Origin: Bacteroidales bacterium
GTDB taxonomy: Bacteria; Bacteroidota; Bacteroidia; Bacteroidales; VadinHA17
Assembly (NCBI GenBank): GCA_025454795.1
Contig: JALONT010000007.1
Coordinates: 66,750-130,749 of the forward strand
Length of the DNA stretch: 64,000 nucleotides
Direction: 5' to 3'
Part shown: positions 28,549 to 37,397 of the stretch, one piece after another
Position numbering within the stretch: the first letter of the stretch is position 1
Layout of the letters: each line of letters starts with the position of its first letter
Position numbers and translations under genes: made by a program
The notes under the pieces: model-generated
Databases searched by the model: none
What the model was told of the DNA's origin: nothing
The model's input: the letters and a program-made list of their open reading frames with translations, nothing else

Positions 28549-30771
28549 TTGAAAGTCAATTTAAATTTATTTACTTGCATCAGGACTAAAAATGATCCGG
28601 CTAAAGTGGAAGATAACAAAATACAATCAGGTTACAGAGCTTTGCTTCGTGCATCCAGAAATTCAGTTGCACGGGAGGAGATCCCTAAGATAAGAAGAGC
28701 CCTTGATCTGGCAATAGGGGCATGTGGAGGGAATGTTATCCTTACAGGTGAGATGGAGATACTTCATACTCTTTCTGTTGCCCGGATAATAGCAGGGGAG
28801 ATGGGACTGGGCCTCACTTCAATAATCACCGCTATTCTGCACGATTCATACAACAGACTGGGAATAAGTCCTGAAGAACTGGAGAAAGAATTTGGTAAAA
28901 AGGTTGTTGAAATACTGAATGGCTTTTCAAGGGTGACCAGTATTGATTCTATGCAGTCATCTTACCAGGCTGAAAATTTCAGGAAATTGCTTTTAAGTCT
29001 GGCAGATGACGTCAGGGTAATACTCATCAAACTGGTTGAGCGTCTTGAATATATGCGCAATATCGATTTGGCTCCTGAAAAGGAGAAAATGCCGCTGGCC
29101 TCTGAGACATATTTTCTGTATGCACCCTTAGCGCACCGCCTTGGTTTCTATAATATAAAGTCGGAAATGGAGGATCTGGCAGTCAGGTACATCGAACCTG
29201 AACAGTACAGGTTCGTTGAAAGCCGTCTGAAGCAGACTACTGCTTCCAGGAACAGACTCATCAGGGATTTCTCAACACCGCTTCAGGAAAAACTGGAGAA
29301 GCAGGGTTTTCAGTTCATAATTAAAAGCCGCACCAAATCAATACATTCCATAATGCTTAAAATGAAAAAGCAGGGAGTGGAATTTGAGGAGGTTTATGAT
29401 CTTTTTGCTATAAGGATAGTAATTGACAGTCAGGGCGATAACGAAAAATCGGACTGCTGGAGAGCCTACTCTGTTGTGACTGATCTTTATCAGCCAAATC
29501 CAAGCAGGTTGCGGGACTGGATATCAGTTCCAAAATCTAATGGTTATGAATCTCTCCATACAACAGTTGTTGGTCCGCGGGGAAAATGGGTTGAGGTTCA
29601 GATACGATCTGCAAGAATGGATGAAATTGCAGAAAAGGGTCTTGCAGCTCATTTTAAGTACAAAGGGATCAAGGGAGAGGGTGGCCTTGATACATGGCTT
29701 TCAAAAATGCGTGAGATCCTGGAATCCCCTGAAAAAGAGGATAATGCATTCCTTGATCAGGTCAGGTCCGGATTATATACCGATGAAGTTTTTGTATTTA
29801 CTCCAAAAGGCGATTTGAGACAGCTTCCGGCAGGAGCAACCGTTCTTGATTTTGCGTTTGATATTCATACAGCTGTCGGATCTTCATGTGTTGCAGGGAA
29901 GGTTAATGGCAAAAATGTAACCATCAGGCATATTCTTCAGAACGGTGATCACGTCGATATTATCCGGTCAAAGAATCAGAAACCGAAACAAGACTGGCTC
30001 TCATTTGTCGTGACAAACAAAGCAAAAACCAAGATTAAGCAGGTTCTGAATGAAGAGAGAGTCAAAGCAGCAGCTGAAGGTAAGCAGATATTAATGCGTC
30101 GTCTTAAGAACTGGAAAATCCCGTTCGGCGATGCTGTGATACAGAAACTGCTAAACCACTTCAATTTTAAAACGGCACAGGATCTGTATTACCTTGTTGA
30201 AACCGAAAAAATAGAGCTTCTTGATATAAAAGAGATTCTCCTGAAGGATGAATCTTCAACGGGCCCAAATCCATCTGTTGCTCAACCTGAGAAAGAGTCG
30301 GTTGATGTACAATATACTGATTTTCTTATAATTCAGGATAGTATGGAAGGACTTGATTACCGTCTGGCAAAATGCTGTAATCCTGTTTTTGGTGATGCCG
30401 TATTTGGGTTTGTAACAATTTCCGAGGGGATTAAAATACACAGAAAAGGATGTCCTAATGCTCATAATATGATGGCAAGATATCCTTACAGGGTAATTTC
30501 TGCCCGGTGGACAAAAACAAAAAGCAGTCCATCATTTATTGCTTCCATCAAAATAACCGGAATCGAAGATGCTGGCATTGTAAACAGAATTGCTGATATC
30601 ATCTCAGCCTATAACCTGAGCATCCGGAATTTCAACTATAATATGGATGAAGGAATGTTTGAAGGTTTACTTAATATAATGGTACCGAATAATGATGTCC
30701 TTCATGGATTTATAAAAAAGATTCAATCTCTGAAAGGCATCCAGAAAGCTACCCGGCTAAACAGTGAATAA
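28549..30771 (+). CDS. relA: Long RelA/SpoT homolog (synthetase intact, hydrolase degenerate; TGS and ACT domains). Start uncertain.
   Basis: APLAHRLG, RTKSIHSI, YDLFAIR, KSNGYESLHT, EVQIR, FTPKGD..LDFAF, AKCCNP. Confidence 0.88.
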   Translation: MKVNLNLFTCIRTKNDPAKVEDNKIQSGYRALLRASRNSVAREEIPKIRRALDLAIGACGGNVILTGEMEILHTLSVARIIAGEMGLGLTSIITAILHDSYNRLGISPEELEKEFGKKVVEILNGFSRVTSIDSMQSSYQAENFRKLLLSLADDVRVILIKLVERLEYMRNIDLAPEKEKMPLASETYFLYAPLAHRLGFYNIKSEMEDLAVRYIEPEQYRFVESRLKQTTASRNRLIRDFSTPLQEKLEKQGFQFIIKSRTKSIHSIMLKMKKQGVEFEEVYDLFAIRIVIDSQGDNEKSDCWRAYSVVTDLYQPNPSRLRDWISVPKSNGYESLHTTVVGPRGKWVEVQIRSARMDEIAEKGLAAHFKYKGIKGEGGLDTWLSKMREILESPEKEDNAFLDQVRSGLYTDEVFVFTPKGDLRQLPAGATVLDFAFDIHTAVGSSCVAGKVNGKNVTIRHILQNGDHVDIIRSKNQKPKQDWLSFVVTNKAKTKIKQVLNEERVKAAAEGKQILMRRLKNWKIPFGDAVIQKLLNHFNFKTAQDLYYLVETEKIELLDIKEILLKDESSTGPNPSVAQPEKESVDVQYTDFLIIQDSMEGLDYRLAKCCNPVFGDAVFGFVTISEGIKIHRKGCPNAHNMMARYPYRVISARWTKTKSSPSFIASIKITGIEDAGIVNRIADIISAYNLSIRNFNYNMDEGMFEGLLNIMVPNNDVLHGFIKKIQSLKGIQKATRLNSE

Positions 30772-30822
30772 GCCGAATGATGAAAAGGAATAGAATATGA
30801 GCCCCAATGGCTGTTTTTCATG

Positions 30823-33756
30823 TCAATATCTCTTATCAGGTTTGATTGGAAGCTTTGCCAGTTTTTCGACCTCGATTGAAGGGTACCCGAACTCTTCGAC
30901 AACTTTTCCAAGGATAAGGTATGTACCTGCACCTTTGAAAGGATACTGTTTCAGCGATTGCGGAAAATGAGTTGTATCAAAGAAACTGCCTTCAGGATCA
31001 ATAAAACAACCAAAATTCATCCATTCCTTTTTTATAGTTTTTATGTATTTGATTGTCACCAGGTGACCGACCATCCTGACACTCTTCCCTTTATGCTTCA
31101 TCATTTCACGTGCATTGATCTCACCACGATATAATGTTTCAAGCATATCAAACCATGTCATTGATACAGGGAAACTTAACAGCTCTATCTCATCATAAGC
31201 ATCATCCAGTTTATCCTGTTCCAGGTCGGGGAGGGTAAACTCTTTTACGGGAGAGGAGAAGAGAGGCCTCATCGGTTCGGGTTTGCATTTATTTATCAGC
31301 ATATGGGCTTCCCAGAGTAACTCTGCCTTTTTCTTCCCGGTAAACCTGAATGCTCCGACCCTGATAAGGAGGATCACCTGTTCCAGTCCCGGACTGACCC
31401 GTGTTATAAAGTCATTCAGATCAATGTAGGTTCCTTCAGCACAACGGTTCACTTCAATCGATGCGGCAATCTTATCTTCGAGGTTCATAATATGAATAAA
31501 CCCGAGGTATATATCTGTTCCATAAATGGTTGTCCTGTAATTGCTTTTATTAACACAGGGTTGCTGTATTGAAGCTCCGTATCTTTTTGCCTCGTGAACA
31601 TATACCCATGTACGGTAAAACCCTCCGAAATTATTAATGACGGCAACCATGAATTCAAGAGGGTAGTGGGCTTTCAGATAAAGGCTCTGGAAGCTCTCAA
31701 CCGCATACGATGCCGAGTGTGCTTTTGAGAATGAATAACCTGCAAACGATTCTATCTGCCGCCATACCTCTTTTGTAAGTTCATCACTGTATCCCTTTTC
31801 GTGGCAGTTTGAGAAGAATTTGTCGATGATCCGCTTCATCTCCTGTCTGGACCGGTACTTGCCACTCATTGCCCGGCGCAGGGTGTCGGCATCAGAAAGA
31901 TCGAGACCTGCAAAATGATGGCACACCTTAAGTACATCCTCCTGGTAGACCATAACACCGAAGGTCTCCTCAAGTTGTTTTTTCATTACCGGATGTAAGT
32001 ACTTGAATTTGTAAGGATTATGGAATCGATAGATATATTCCCTCATCATCCCGGAGCGGGCAACACCCGGTCGTATTATCGAACTTGCAGCTACAAGCGT
32101 TGTATAATCATCGCACTGAAGTTTTTGCAGAAGTCCGCGCATCGATGGACTCTCGACATAAAAGCAGCCTTTTGTTTCGCCGTTTTTCAGATACTCCTTT
32201 ATTTTCAGGTCGCTTTTGAATTTCTGTATTGCATGGATATCAACGTCAACTGAACGGTTACGGAGAATTATCTCGGCGCTTTCCCGGATATGGCCGATAC
32301 CCCGTTGACTGAGTATATCAAGCTTCTCAAAGCCGATCTCTTCAGCAGTGTACATATCCCATTGGGTAGTCGGAAATCCTTTCGGAGGCATGTCCAGTGC
32401 GGTATAGCTTGATACCGGTTCTTCTGATATAAGTATGCCGCCGGCGTGTATGCTTCTCATGTTGGGAAAGTCGGCTATCCTGTGACCGGTTGAAAAGATA
32501 ATGCTGGTTATCTCATTGCGGTTTGTTTCTGATGACGGGTTATCAATCAGTGCATCAATCTCTTCTTTCGGAAGACCATGAACTTTTCCGAGCTCCCTGA
32601 CTATTGACTTGCCCCTGAAGGTGCTAATTGTTCCGAGAAGTGCCGTATGACCGTAACCATATCTTTTAAATATATAATCGATAACCTCATCACGTTCTTT
32701 CCATGAATAGTCGATGTCGAAGTCGGGAGGACTGCTCCTTCTCGGATTTATGAACCTCTCAAAGTAAAGGTTTAGATCAATAGGGTCAACATTAGTTATT
32801 TTCAGGCAATAAGCAATAATGGAATTTGCTCCGCTTCCCCTTCCTACATGGTAGAAACCTCGTGCCATTGAGTAGCGGATAATGTCCCATGTAATGAGAA
32901 AATATGCTGAAAATCCAAGTTTGTCGATAATTTCAAGTTCATGCTTTATTCTTTTTTTTGCCTCACTGTTCTGGTTGCCATATCTGTATTTCATTCCATC
33001 CCAGGCAAGTTTCTCAAGTAGGAGTTTGTCGTCGTACCTGCTTGCTGAAAAGATCTTTTTGTTTTTATGACTTTTAAAATCAAAGGATATGTTGCAATCT
33101 TCCTGTAGTTTATTTGTATTGTCGATTATTCCGGGGTACTCTGAAAATATTTTCCTGAAGTGATCCGGAGAATACGGGAATTCATTCTCCCCGGCAAATT
33201 GCCATGGCTTCAGGTGGCTGAGCAGAATATTATTGTCGACTGCCCTGAGACTTTTATGAATGAAGATATCAGTATTGTCTGCAAATGTCACCGGATGCAT
33301 GATTACCATTTTATTCCTGTCGGAAGGAATAAGTGTAAGGATCTTGTTTATTTCTCCGGTTTTTACACCTATGCGTTCATTATCAAATAGTTTACGATCA
33401 GGATATTTCGAAAGAGAGTAAATAATGTACGATTCTGAGAATTGCGGAGCAGGGAAGGGTATCTCTGTTTTTTCGAAATTACGCTTTGACAGAAATTCAT
33501 TCAGCTCACGCATACCTTTGTTATTCCGGGCTATTCCGGTGTATTGCAACTCATTGTCATTTCTGAATTCAATGCCGGCAACCGGTTTAATATTGTTTTT
33601 GATACATTCTCCCGCGAATTCAGGTATTGCAGTAGAGTTATTGATGTCGGTAAGTGCAATGGTTTCAGCTCCTGCAGCAGCGGCTTTCAATACAAGCTGT
33701 TCAGGAGACATTGTTCCGTAGCGGAGACTGTAATATGTGTGACAATTTAAGTACAT
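30823..33756 (-). CDS. dnaE2: Error-prone DNA polymerase III alpha (DnaE2)
   Basis: PHP domain CHTYYSL..LTD, GRGSGANS, PPDFDID, YQEDV, FAGYSFSKAH. Short (977 aa) and next to dinB and a LexA-like gene. Confidence 0.88.
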   Translation of the reverse strand: MYLNCHTYYSLRYGTMSPEQLVLKAAAAGAETIALTDINNSTAIPEFAGECIKNNIKPVAGIEFRNDNELQYTGIARNNKGMRELNEFLSKRNFEKTEIPFPAPQFSESYIIYSLSKYPDRKLFDNERIGVKTGEINKILTLIPSDRNKMVIMHPVTFADNTDIFIHKSLRAVDNNILLSHLKPWQFAGENEFPYSPDHFRKIFSEYPGIIDNTNKLQEDCNISFDFKSHKNKKIFSASRYDDKLLLEKLAWDGMKYRYGNQNSEAKKRIKHELEIIDKLGFSAYFLITWDIIRYSMARGFYHVGRGSGANSIIAYCLKITNVDPIDLNLYFERFINPRRSSPPDFDIDYSWKERDEVIDYIFKRYGYGHTALLGTISTFRGKSIVRELGKVHGLPKEEIDALIDNPSSETNRNEITSIIFSTGHRIADFPNMRSIHAGGILISEEPVSSYTALDMPPKGFPTTQWDMYTAEEIGFEKLDILSQRGIGHIRESAEIILRNRSVDVDIHAIQKFKSDLKIKEYLKNGETKGCFYVESPSMRGLLQKLQCDDYTTLVAASSIIRPGVARSGMMREYIYRFHNPYKFKYLHPVMKKQLEETFGVMVYQEDVLKVCHHFAGLDLSDADTLRRAMSGKYRSRQEMKRIIDKFFSNCHEKGYSDELTKEVWRQIESFAGYSFSKAHSASYAVESFQSLYLKAHYPLEFMVAVINNFGGFYRTWVYVHEAKRYGASIQQPCVNKSNYRTTIYGTDIYLGFIHIMNLEDKIAASIEVNRCAEGTYIDLNDFITRVSPGLEQVILLIRVGAFRFTGKKKAELLWEAHMLINKCKPEPMRPLFSSPVKEFTLPDLEQDKLDDAYDEIELLSFPVSMTWFDMLETLYRGEINAREMMKHKGKSVRMVGHLVTIKYIKTIKKEWMNFGCFIDPEGSFFDTTHFPQSLKQYPFKGAGTYLILGKVVEEFGYPSIEVEKLAKLPIKPDKRY

Positions 33757-33764
33757 ATTATAAA

Positions 33765-33937
33765 GTGGCTCAGAGGTTCAGTGGCTCAGAGGCTCAGTGG
33801 CTCAGAGGCTCAGTGGCGCAGTGGCGCAGTGGCTCAGTGGCGCAGTGGCGCAGAGGCAAAACTGGTTATTGATAATTGTAAATGCCACTCCGCCTTTACG
33901 CCGTTATGCCGTTGCGCCGTTGCGCCGTTGTGCCGTT
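33765..33937. repeat. Two opposed octamer arrays: (GWGGCKCA)x12, a short AT-rich spacer, then (YGCCGTTR)x7
   Basis: 33765-33860 and 33883-33937. Together they fill the dinB-dnaE2 intergenic space. Confidence 0.9.
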
Positions 33938-35209
33938 CTAATGTCCAACTCCATACATCATATATCCCTTCAACCTTTCTTCCATCATTTCCTGCTCTTT
34001 TACAGCACTTTCGAGCTGTTTGAGGGCTTTTTCCTCTTTTTCGGTAATAGTCATAACTCCGGCGGCTCTCCGCACTGCATCGCGTCCGAAACGTTTTCTG
34101 AGCTTATCCATAGCCATATAAAGACTTACCTTCTCCGGTGTATCATCAAACATATCGAGCTGCTGAACACCTCTTACCAGGTGACTGAATCGCACACCAA
34201 TGAGCCTGATAAGCATTCGCCGCTGGTAGAGTCTTGCAAAAAGCTCTTTTGCGATATCAGTGAGCACATGGTCGAAAGAGGTATATGGTATCCTTTTCTG
34301 CAGGGTATGTGTATCAAAATCTGAATACCTTATTTTTACCGTGAGACAGGAGGTTAGCTTTTCCTGCTTTCTAAGTTCATAGGCTATCTTTTCCACCATG
34401 CTTACCAGGAGCTGGTTAAGCCTTACCATATCGGTGGTGTCTTTTTCAAATGTATGCTCGGTGCTTATTGATTTCTGTTCCGAATAGCTGATCACAGGAG
34501 TGGAGTCTATTCCGTTGGCTCTTTTCCATACTTCAATGCCGTTTTTACCCATAAGCTTTTCGAGCATTTCGGCAGGGATATTCCTTAAGGTGAATATGGT
34601 CGCTATCCCCATAGAACGGAGAACATGATAAGTCTTTTGTCCGATCATCGGGATCTTGCTTATGGAGAGCGGGTCGAGGAAGGGGAGGACTATATCTTTT
34701 TTTACTTCGATCTCTCCGTTTGGCTTTGCCTCGCCGGTCGCGATCTTTGATACGGTCTTGTTTATGGAAAGCCCGATGGATATTGGCAATCCTGTCTCCT
34801 TTATAATATACTGGCGCAGTTCATGTGACCATTGATAGCAACCGTAGAAGCGGTCCATTCCGGTGATATCGATATAGTGCTCATCGATCGATGATTTCTC
34901 ATAAAGAGGCGCTCTCCCGGCAATTATCTCTGTCACTATGTTTGAATAGTTGCTGTAAGCCTCCATGTCGCCGCGGATTATTATGGCATCGGGACACATG
35001 TTTCTGGCCATCTTCATCGGCATTGCTGAGTTTACACCGTACTTTCTGGCTTCATAACTGCAGCTTGATACCACACTGCGGTCCGATATGCCGCCTATTA
35101 TCACCGGCTTACCGGCAAGCCTGCTGTTATTAAGCCTTTCAACCGATACGAAAAAGGTGTCGAGGTCAAGATGCAGTATGGAACGGTCTATGTTGCCTGC
35201 CAGGAACAT
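33938..35209 (-). CDS. dinB: DNA polymerase IV (Y family)
   Basis: HLDLDTFFVSVE, SYEARKYGV..AMP, SIDEHY, SKIATGEAKPNG, RLIGVRFS. Confidence 0.93.
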   Translation of the reverse strand: MFLAGNIDRSILHLDLDTFFVSVERLNNSRLAGKPVIIGGISDRSVVSSCSYEARKYGVNSAMPMKMARNMCPDAIIIRGDMEAYSNYSNIVTEIIAGRAPLYEKSSIDEHYIDITGMDRFYGCYQWSHELRQYIIKETGLPISIGLSINKTVSKIATGEAKPNGEIEVKKDIVLPFLDPLSISKIPMIGQKTYHVLRSMGIATIFTLRNIPAEMLEKLMGKNGIEVWKRANGIDSTPVISYSEQKSISTEHTFEKDTTDMVRLNQLLVSMVEKIAYELRKQEKLTSCLTVKIRYSDFDTHTLQKRIPYTSFDHVLTDIAKELFARLYQRRMLIRLIGVRFSHLVRGVQQLDMFDDTPEKVSLYMAMDKLRKRFGRDAVRRAAGVMTITEKEEKALKQLESAVKEQEMMEERLKGYMMYGVGH

Positions 35210-35214
35210 AATGA

Positions 35215-35291
35215 AGTGACTAGAGTTACGAGTGACTAGAGTTACGAGTGACTAGAGTTACGAGTGACTAGAGTTACGAATGACTAGAGTT
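35215..35291. repeat. 16-bp tandem repeat AGTGACTAGAGTTACG, about 4.8 units (downstream arm)
   Basis: Four perfect units plus one partial unit. Confidence 0.95.
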
Positions 35292-35306
35292 GCTATTAAC
35301 TTTAGC

Positions 35307-35672
35307 TCACGCCTGACTATTTAAGTTTTTACCAATTGAAGCAAAAATTGCCAGCAGTTCATCGGCCTCAATGATGATTCCTTTAAGTTTTTCGTTTTCG
35401 ATCCATTGTAAATCCTTGACAATCTCCAACCAATAACATGTTTCACTGGCTTCACTTTCACAGATTTTAATTTTACTCTTAAAATCCGCTCTGCTTCTGG
35501 CTCTGACTGCCTCACGGTAATTTGCACCAATGCTAGTTCCGGACTTAGTCATTTGATTCCTTATTACCTTTCCTTCAACACTGTTAGTCAGAAGTCCAGA
35601 TAATTTAATGATTCCTATTGCAAAAGCTTTTGTCCTCTTCTCAAGCTTCCTGCTAAACTCCTTGTTTTCCAT
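35307..35672 (-). CDS. Four-helix-bundle protein (23S rRNA IVP / TIGR02436 family, Avd-like fold)
   Basis: LEKRTKAFA, QMTKSGTSIGANYREA, SRADF..KIKICESEASETCYWLE, EADELLAIF. Confidence 0.9.
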   Translation of the reverse strand: MENKEFSRKLEKRTKAFAIGIIKLSGLLTNSVEGKVIRNQMTKSGTSIGANYREAVRARSRADFKSKIKICESEASETCYWLEIVKDLQWIENEKLKGIIIEADELLAIFASIGKNLNSQA

Positions 35673-35678
35673 ATATTT

Positions 35679-35709
35679 TAACTTTAGTCACTCGTAACTC
35701 TAGTCACTC
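35679..35709. repeat. Inverted copy (about 2 units) of the 16-bp repeat (upstream arm)
   Basis: TAACTTTAGTCACTCGTAACTCTAGTCACTC is the reverse complement of the 35215-35291 array with one mismatch. Confidence 0.92.
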
Positions 35710-35740
35710 CAAACTTTTTTCTTAAATAATTTGTTTGTTT

Positions 35741-35799
35741 CAAAACTATCTTTTACTTTTGATTAAAAATTAATCAATATTCTGATTACAATATAATCA
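35741..35799. promoter_or_regulatory. Divergent -7 promoters plus two TGATTA-N5-TAATCA operators
   Basis: TAGTTTTG (minus, 35748-35741); TACTTTTG (plus, 35754-35761); palindromes at 35760-35776 and 35783-35799. Confidence 0.7.
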
Positions 35800-35808
35800 A
35801 TTTTTATT

Positions 35809-36636
35809 ATGTACTTCGCAGCCAACATAAAATTTTTAAGAAAAAGAAGGGACAGAACACAGGATGATGTTGCTGTTGCCCTTAATCTGAAACGTTCTAC
35901 CCTGAGCGGGTATGAGAACGGGGTGGCCCAGCCGGGAATTGAAATACTGGTTTCATTTTCCAGGTATTTCAACATGTCCATCGATACCATGCTTAAGATC
36001 GATATGTCAAAACTGTCGGAAAGCCAGCTCGGCGAACTCGAGAGGGGATATGACGCATATATTAAAGGCAGCAACCTGAGGGTTCTGACTACAACAGTAA
36101 ATTCAGATAACAGGGAAAATATTGAACTTGTCCCGGAAAAGGCAAAAGCCGGATATGCTACAGGCTATGCTGATCCTGAATATATCGGTGAACTGCCAAG
36201 ATTCCGTTTACCTTTTCTTTCCGAAAAAAGGAAGTACAGGACATTTCAGCTGAAGGGTGATTCAATGCTTCCCATACCCGACGGTTCATGGGTTACAGGC
36301 GAGTTTGTACAGGACTGGAACGAAATAATCAGCGGAAAAGCTTATGTTGTCTTTACCATTAACGATGGTATAGTATTCAAGGTTGTAGAGAATAACCTTA
36401 AAACTGACGGGAAACTGGTGCTCTATTCACTTAACCCCATGTATGAACCTTATGAAGTTCATATTAATGAGGTTAAGGAATTATGGAAATTCGTGAACTA
36501 CATCAGCAGTGAGCTTCCGGAACCTGTAATGCCCGAAAAACAGCTGATACAGGCAGTTGCAACCATGAAAAACGACCTTGCAAGAATAAAGGCGAAGATC
36601 GGTAAGGATATCTCCGATATAAATGAAGTAAACTGA
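35809..36636 (+). CDS. LexA-like repressor (XRE HTH plus S24 peptidase)
   Basis: N-terminal HTH (TQDDVA..RSTLSGYENG), AKAGY Ala-Gly cleavage site, KGDSMLP catalytic Ser, VFK catalytic Lys; divergent from dinB-dnaE2. Confidence 0.88.
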   Translation: MYFAANIKFLRKRRDRTQDDVAVALNLKRSTLSGYENGVAQPGIEILVSFSRYFNMSIDTMLKIDMSKLSESQLGELERGYDAYIKGSNLRVLTTTVNSDNRENIELVPEKAKAGYATGYADPEYIGELPRFRLPFLSEKRKYRTFQLKGDSMLPIPDGSWVTGEFVQDWNEIISGKAYVVFTINDGIVFKVVENNLKTDGKLVLYSLNPMYEPYEVHINEVKELWKFVNYISSELPEPVMPEKQLIQAVATMKNDLARIKAKIGKDISDINEVN

Positions 36637-36647
36637 ACAAAAAAAGA

Positions 36648-36697
36648 TCCCCTCCTGGGAGAGCCTGTCCCGCTTCGGCGGGAGGTTTGGGATGGGT
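36648..36697. repeat. REP-like element containing the TCCCGC-TTCG-GCGGGA hairpin
   Basis: Matches the core at 16824-16848; lies between convergent genes. Confidence 0.7.
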
Positions 36698-36707
36698 TTT
36701 ATTAACT

Positions 36708-37232
36708 CTATATATAAATCCACTTTCTTCCATCGAAGTTTATGGAAAAAGTATCCATTACCGGAAGGTCATCCAGATGAATCATAACATGAGGTAAGCT
36801 GAGTAACTCATTAATGTTTTTATTGTTAGAATTGTCAGACTTCATGATAATAAACAATCCTGGTTTAACATAATGCCGCAAAGCAGGTGATTCACAAACG
36901 ACCGGTGTTCCTTCAGGAATGAGTTTCATAATCTCACTGAAGGCATTAATCAATTCATTGTCTGTTGTTTTGGCGAAATAAACCCGGCCGGCTCCGGCTT
37001 TCAGCATCCGGGAGGTATCCTTGTTTGTCCTGTCGTTTGTCTCTTCATAAACTGAATACCCTGGTTTGCTGACAATCAAATTCAGTCCGGGAGTGGTTTC
37101 ATGAAAATGAGGGGTGATCTTAATGGCGACTATTCCAGAATCTCTGAATTGTTCTATCACCCTGCAGGCAAGGGTTGTTTTTCCGGACTTATTGCCGGTC
37201 CCTGCTATAAGTAAAAGGTTAGTGACTACCAT
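36708..37232 (-). CDS. Hypothetical P-loop NTPase (MobB-like)
   Basis: AGTGNKSGKTT Walker A, KDTSRMLKAGA, VCES. Confidence 0.65.
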   Translation of the reverse strand: MVVTNLLLIAGTGNKSGKTTLACRVIEQFRDSGIVAIKITPHFHETTPGLNLIVSKPGYSVYEETNDRTNKDTSRMLKAGAGRVYFAKTTDNELINAFSEIMKLIPEGTPVVCESPALRHYVKPGLFIIMKSDNSNNKNINELLSLPHVMIHLDDLPVMDTFSINFDGRKWIYI

Positions 37233-37250
37233 AATGCCAGAAATAAAAAA

Positions 37251-37375
37251 CTCTGTGTTCCTCTGTTTCTTCTCCTGCTTTCGCTGAAGTTTCAGCAGGC
37301 AAAGATGTGTTAACTCTGTGTAACCTGGAAGAACTTACACAGAGTGACACAGAGAAGACACAGAGTCACACAGAG
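37251..37375. repeat. Opposed CTCTGTG / CACAGAG arrays (10-11 bp period) with a 31-nt hairpin insertion
   Basis: Left arm 37251-37323, right arm 37335-37375, insertion 37275-37305. Confidence 0.85.
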
Positions 37376-37397
37376 TCTAAGATATAAATACTTTAGT

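Noticed and set aside
33654-34324. ORFs with AQWRSG / APLRR repeats
   Set aside because: They are artefacts of the octamer arrays and antisense overlap with dinB/dnaE2.
35307-35672. Diversity-generating retroelement (Avd-like gene)
   Set aside because: No reverse transcriptase and no TR/VR pair with adenine-specific mismatches were seen in the window.
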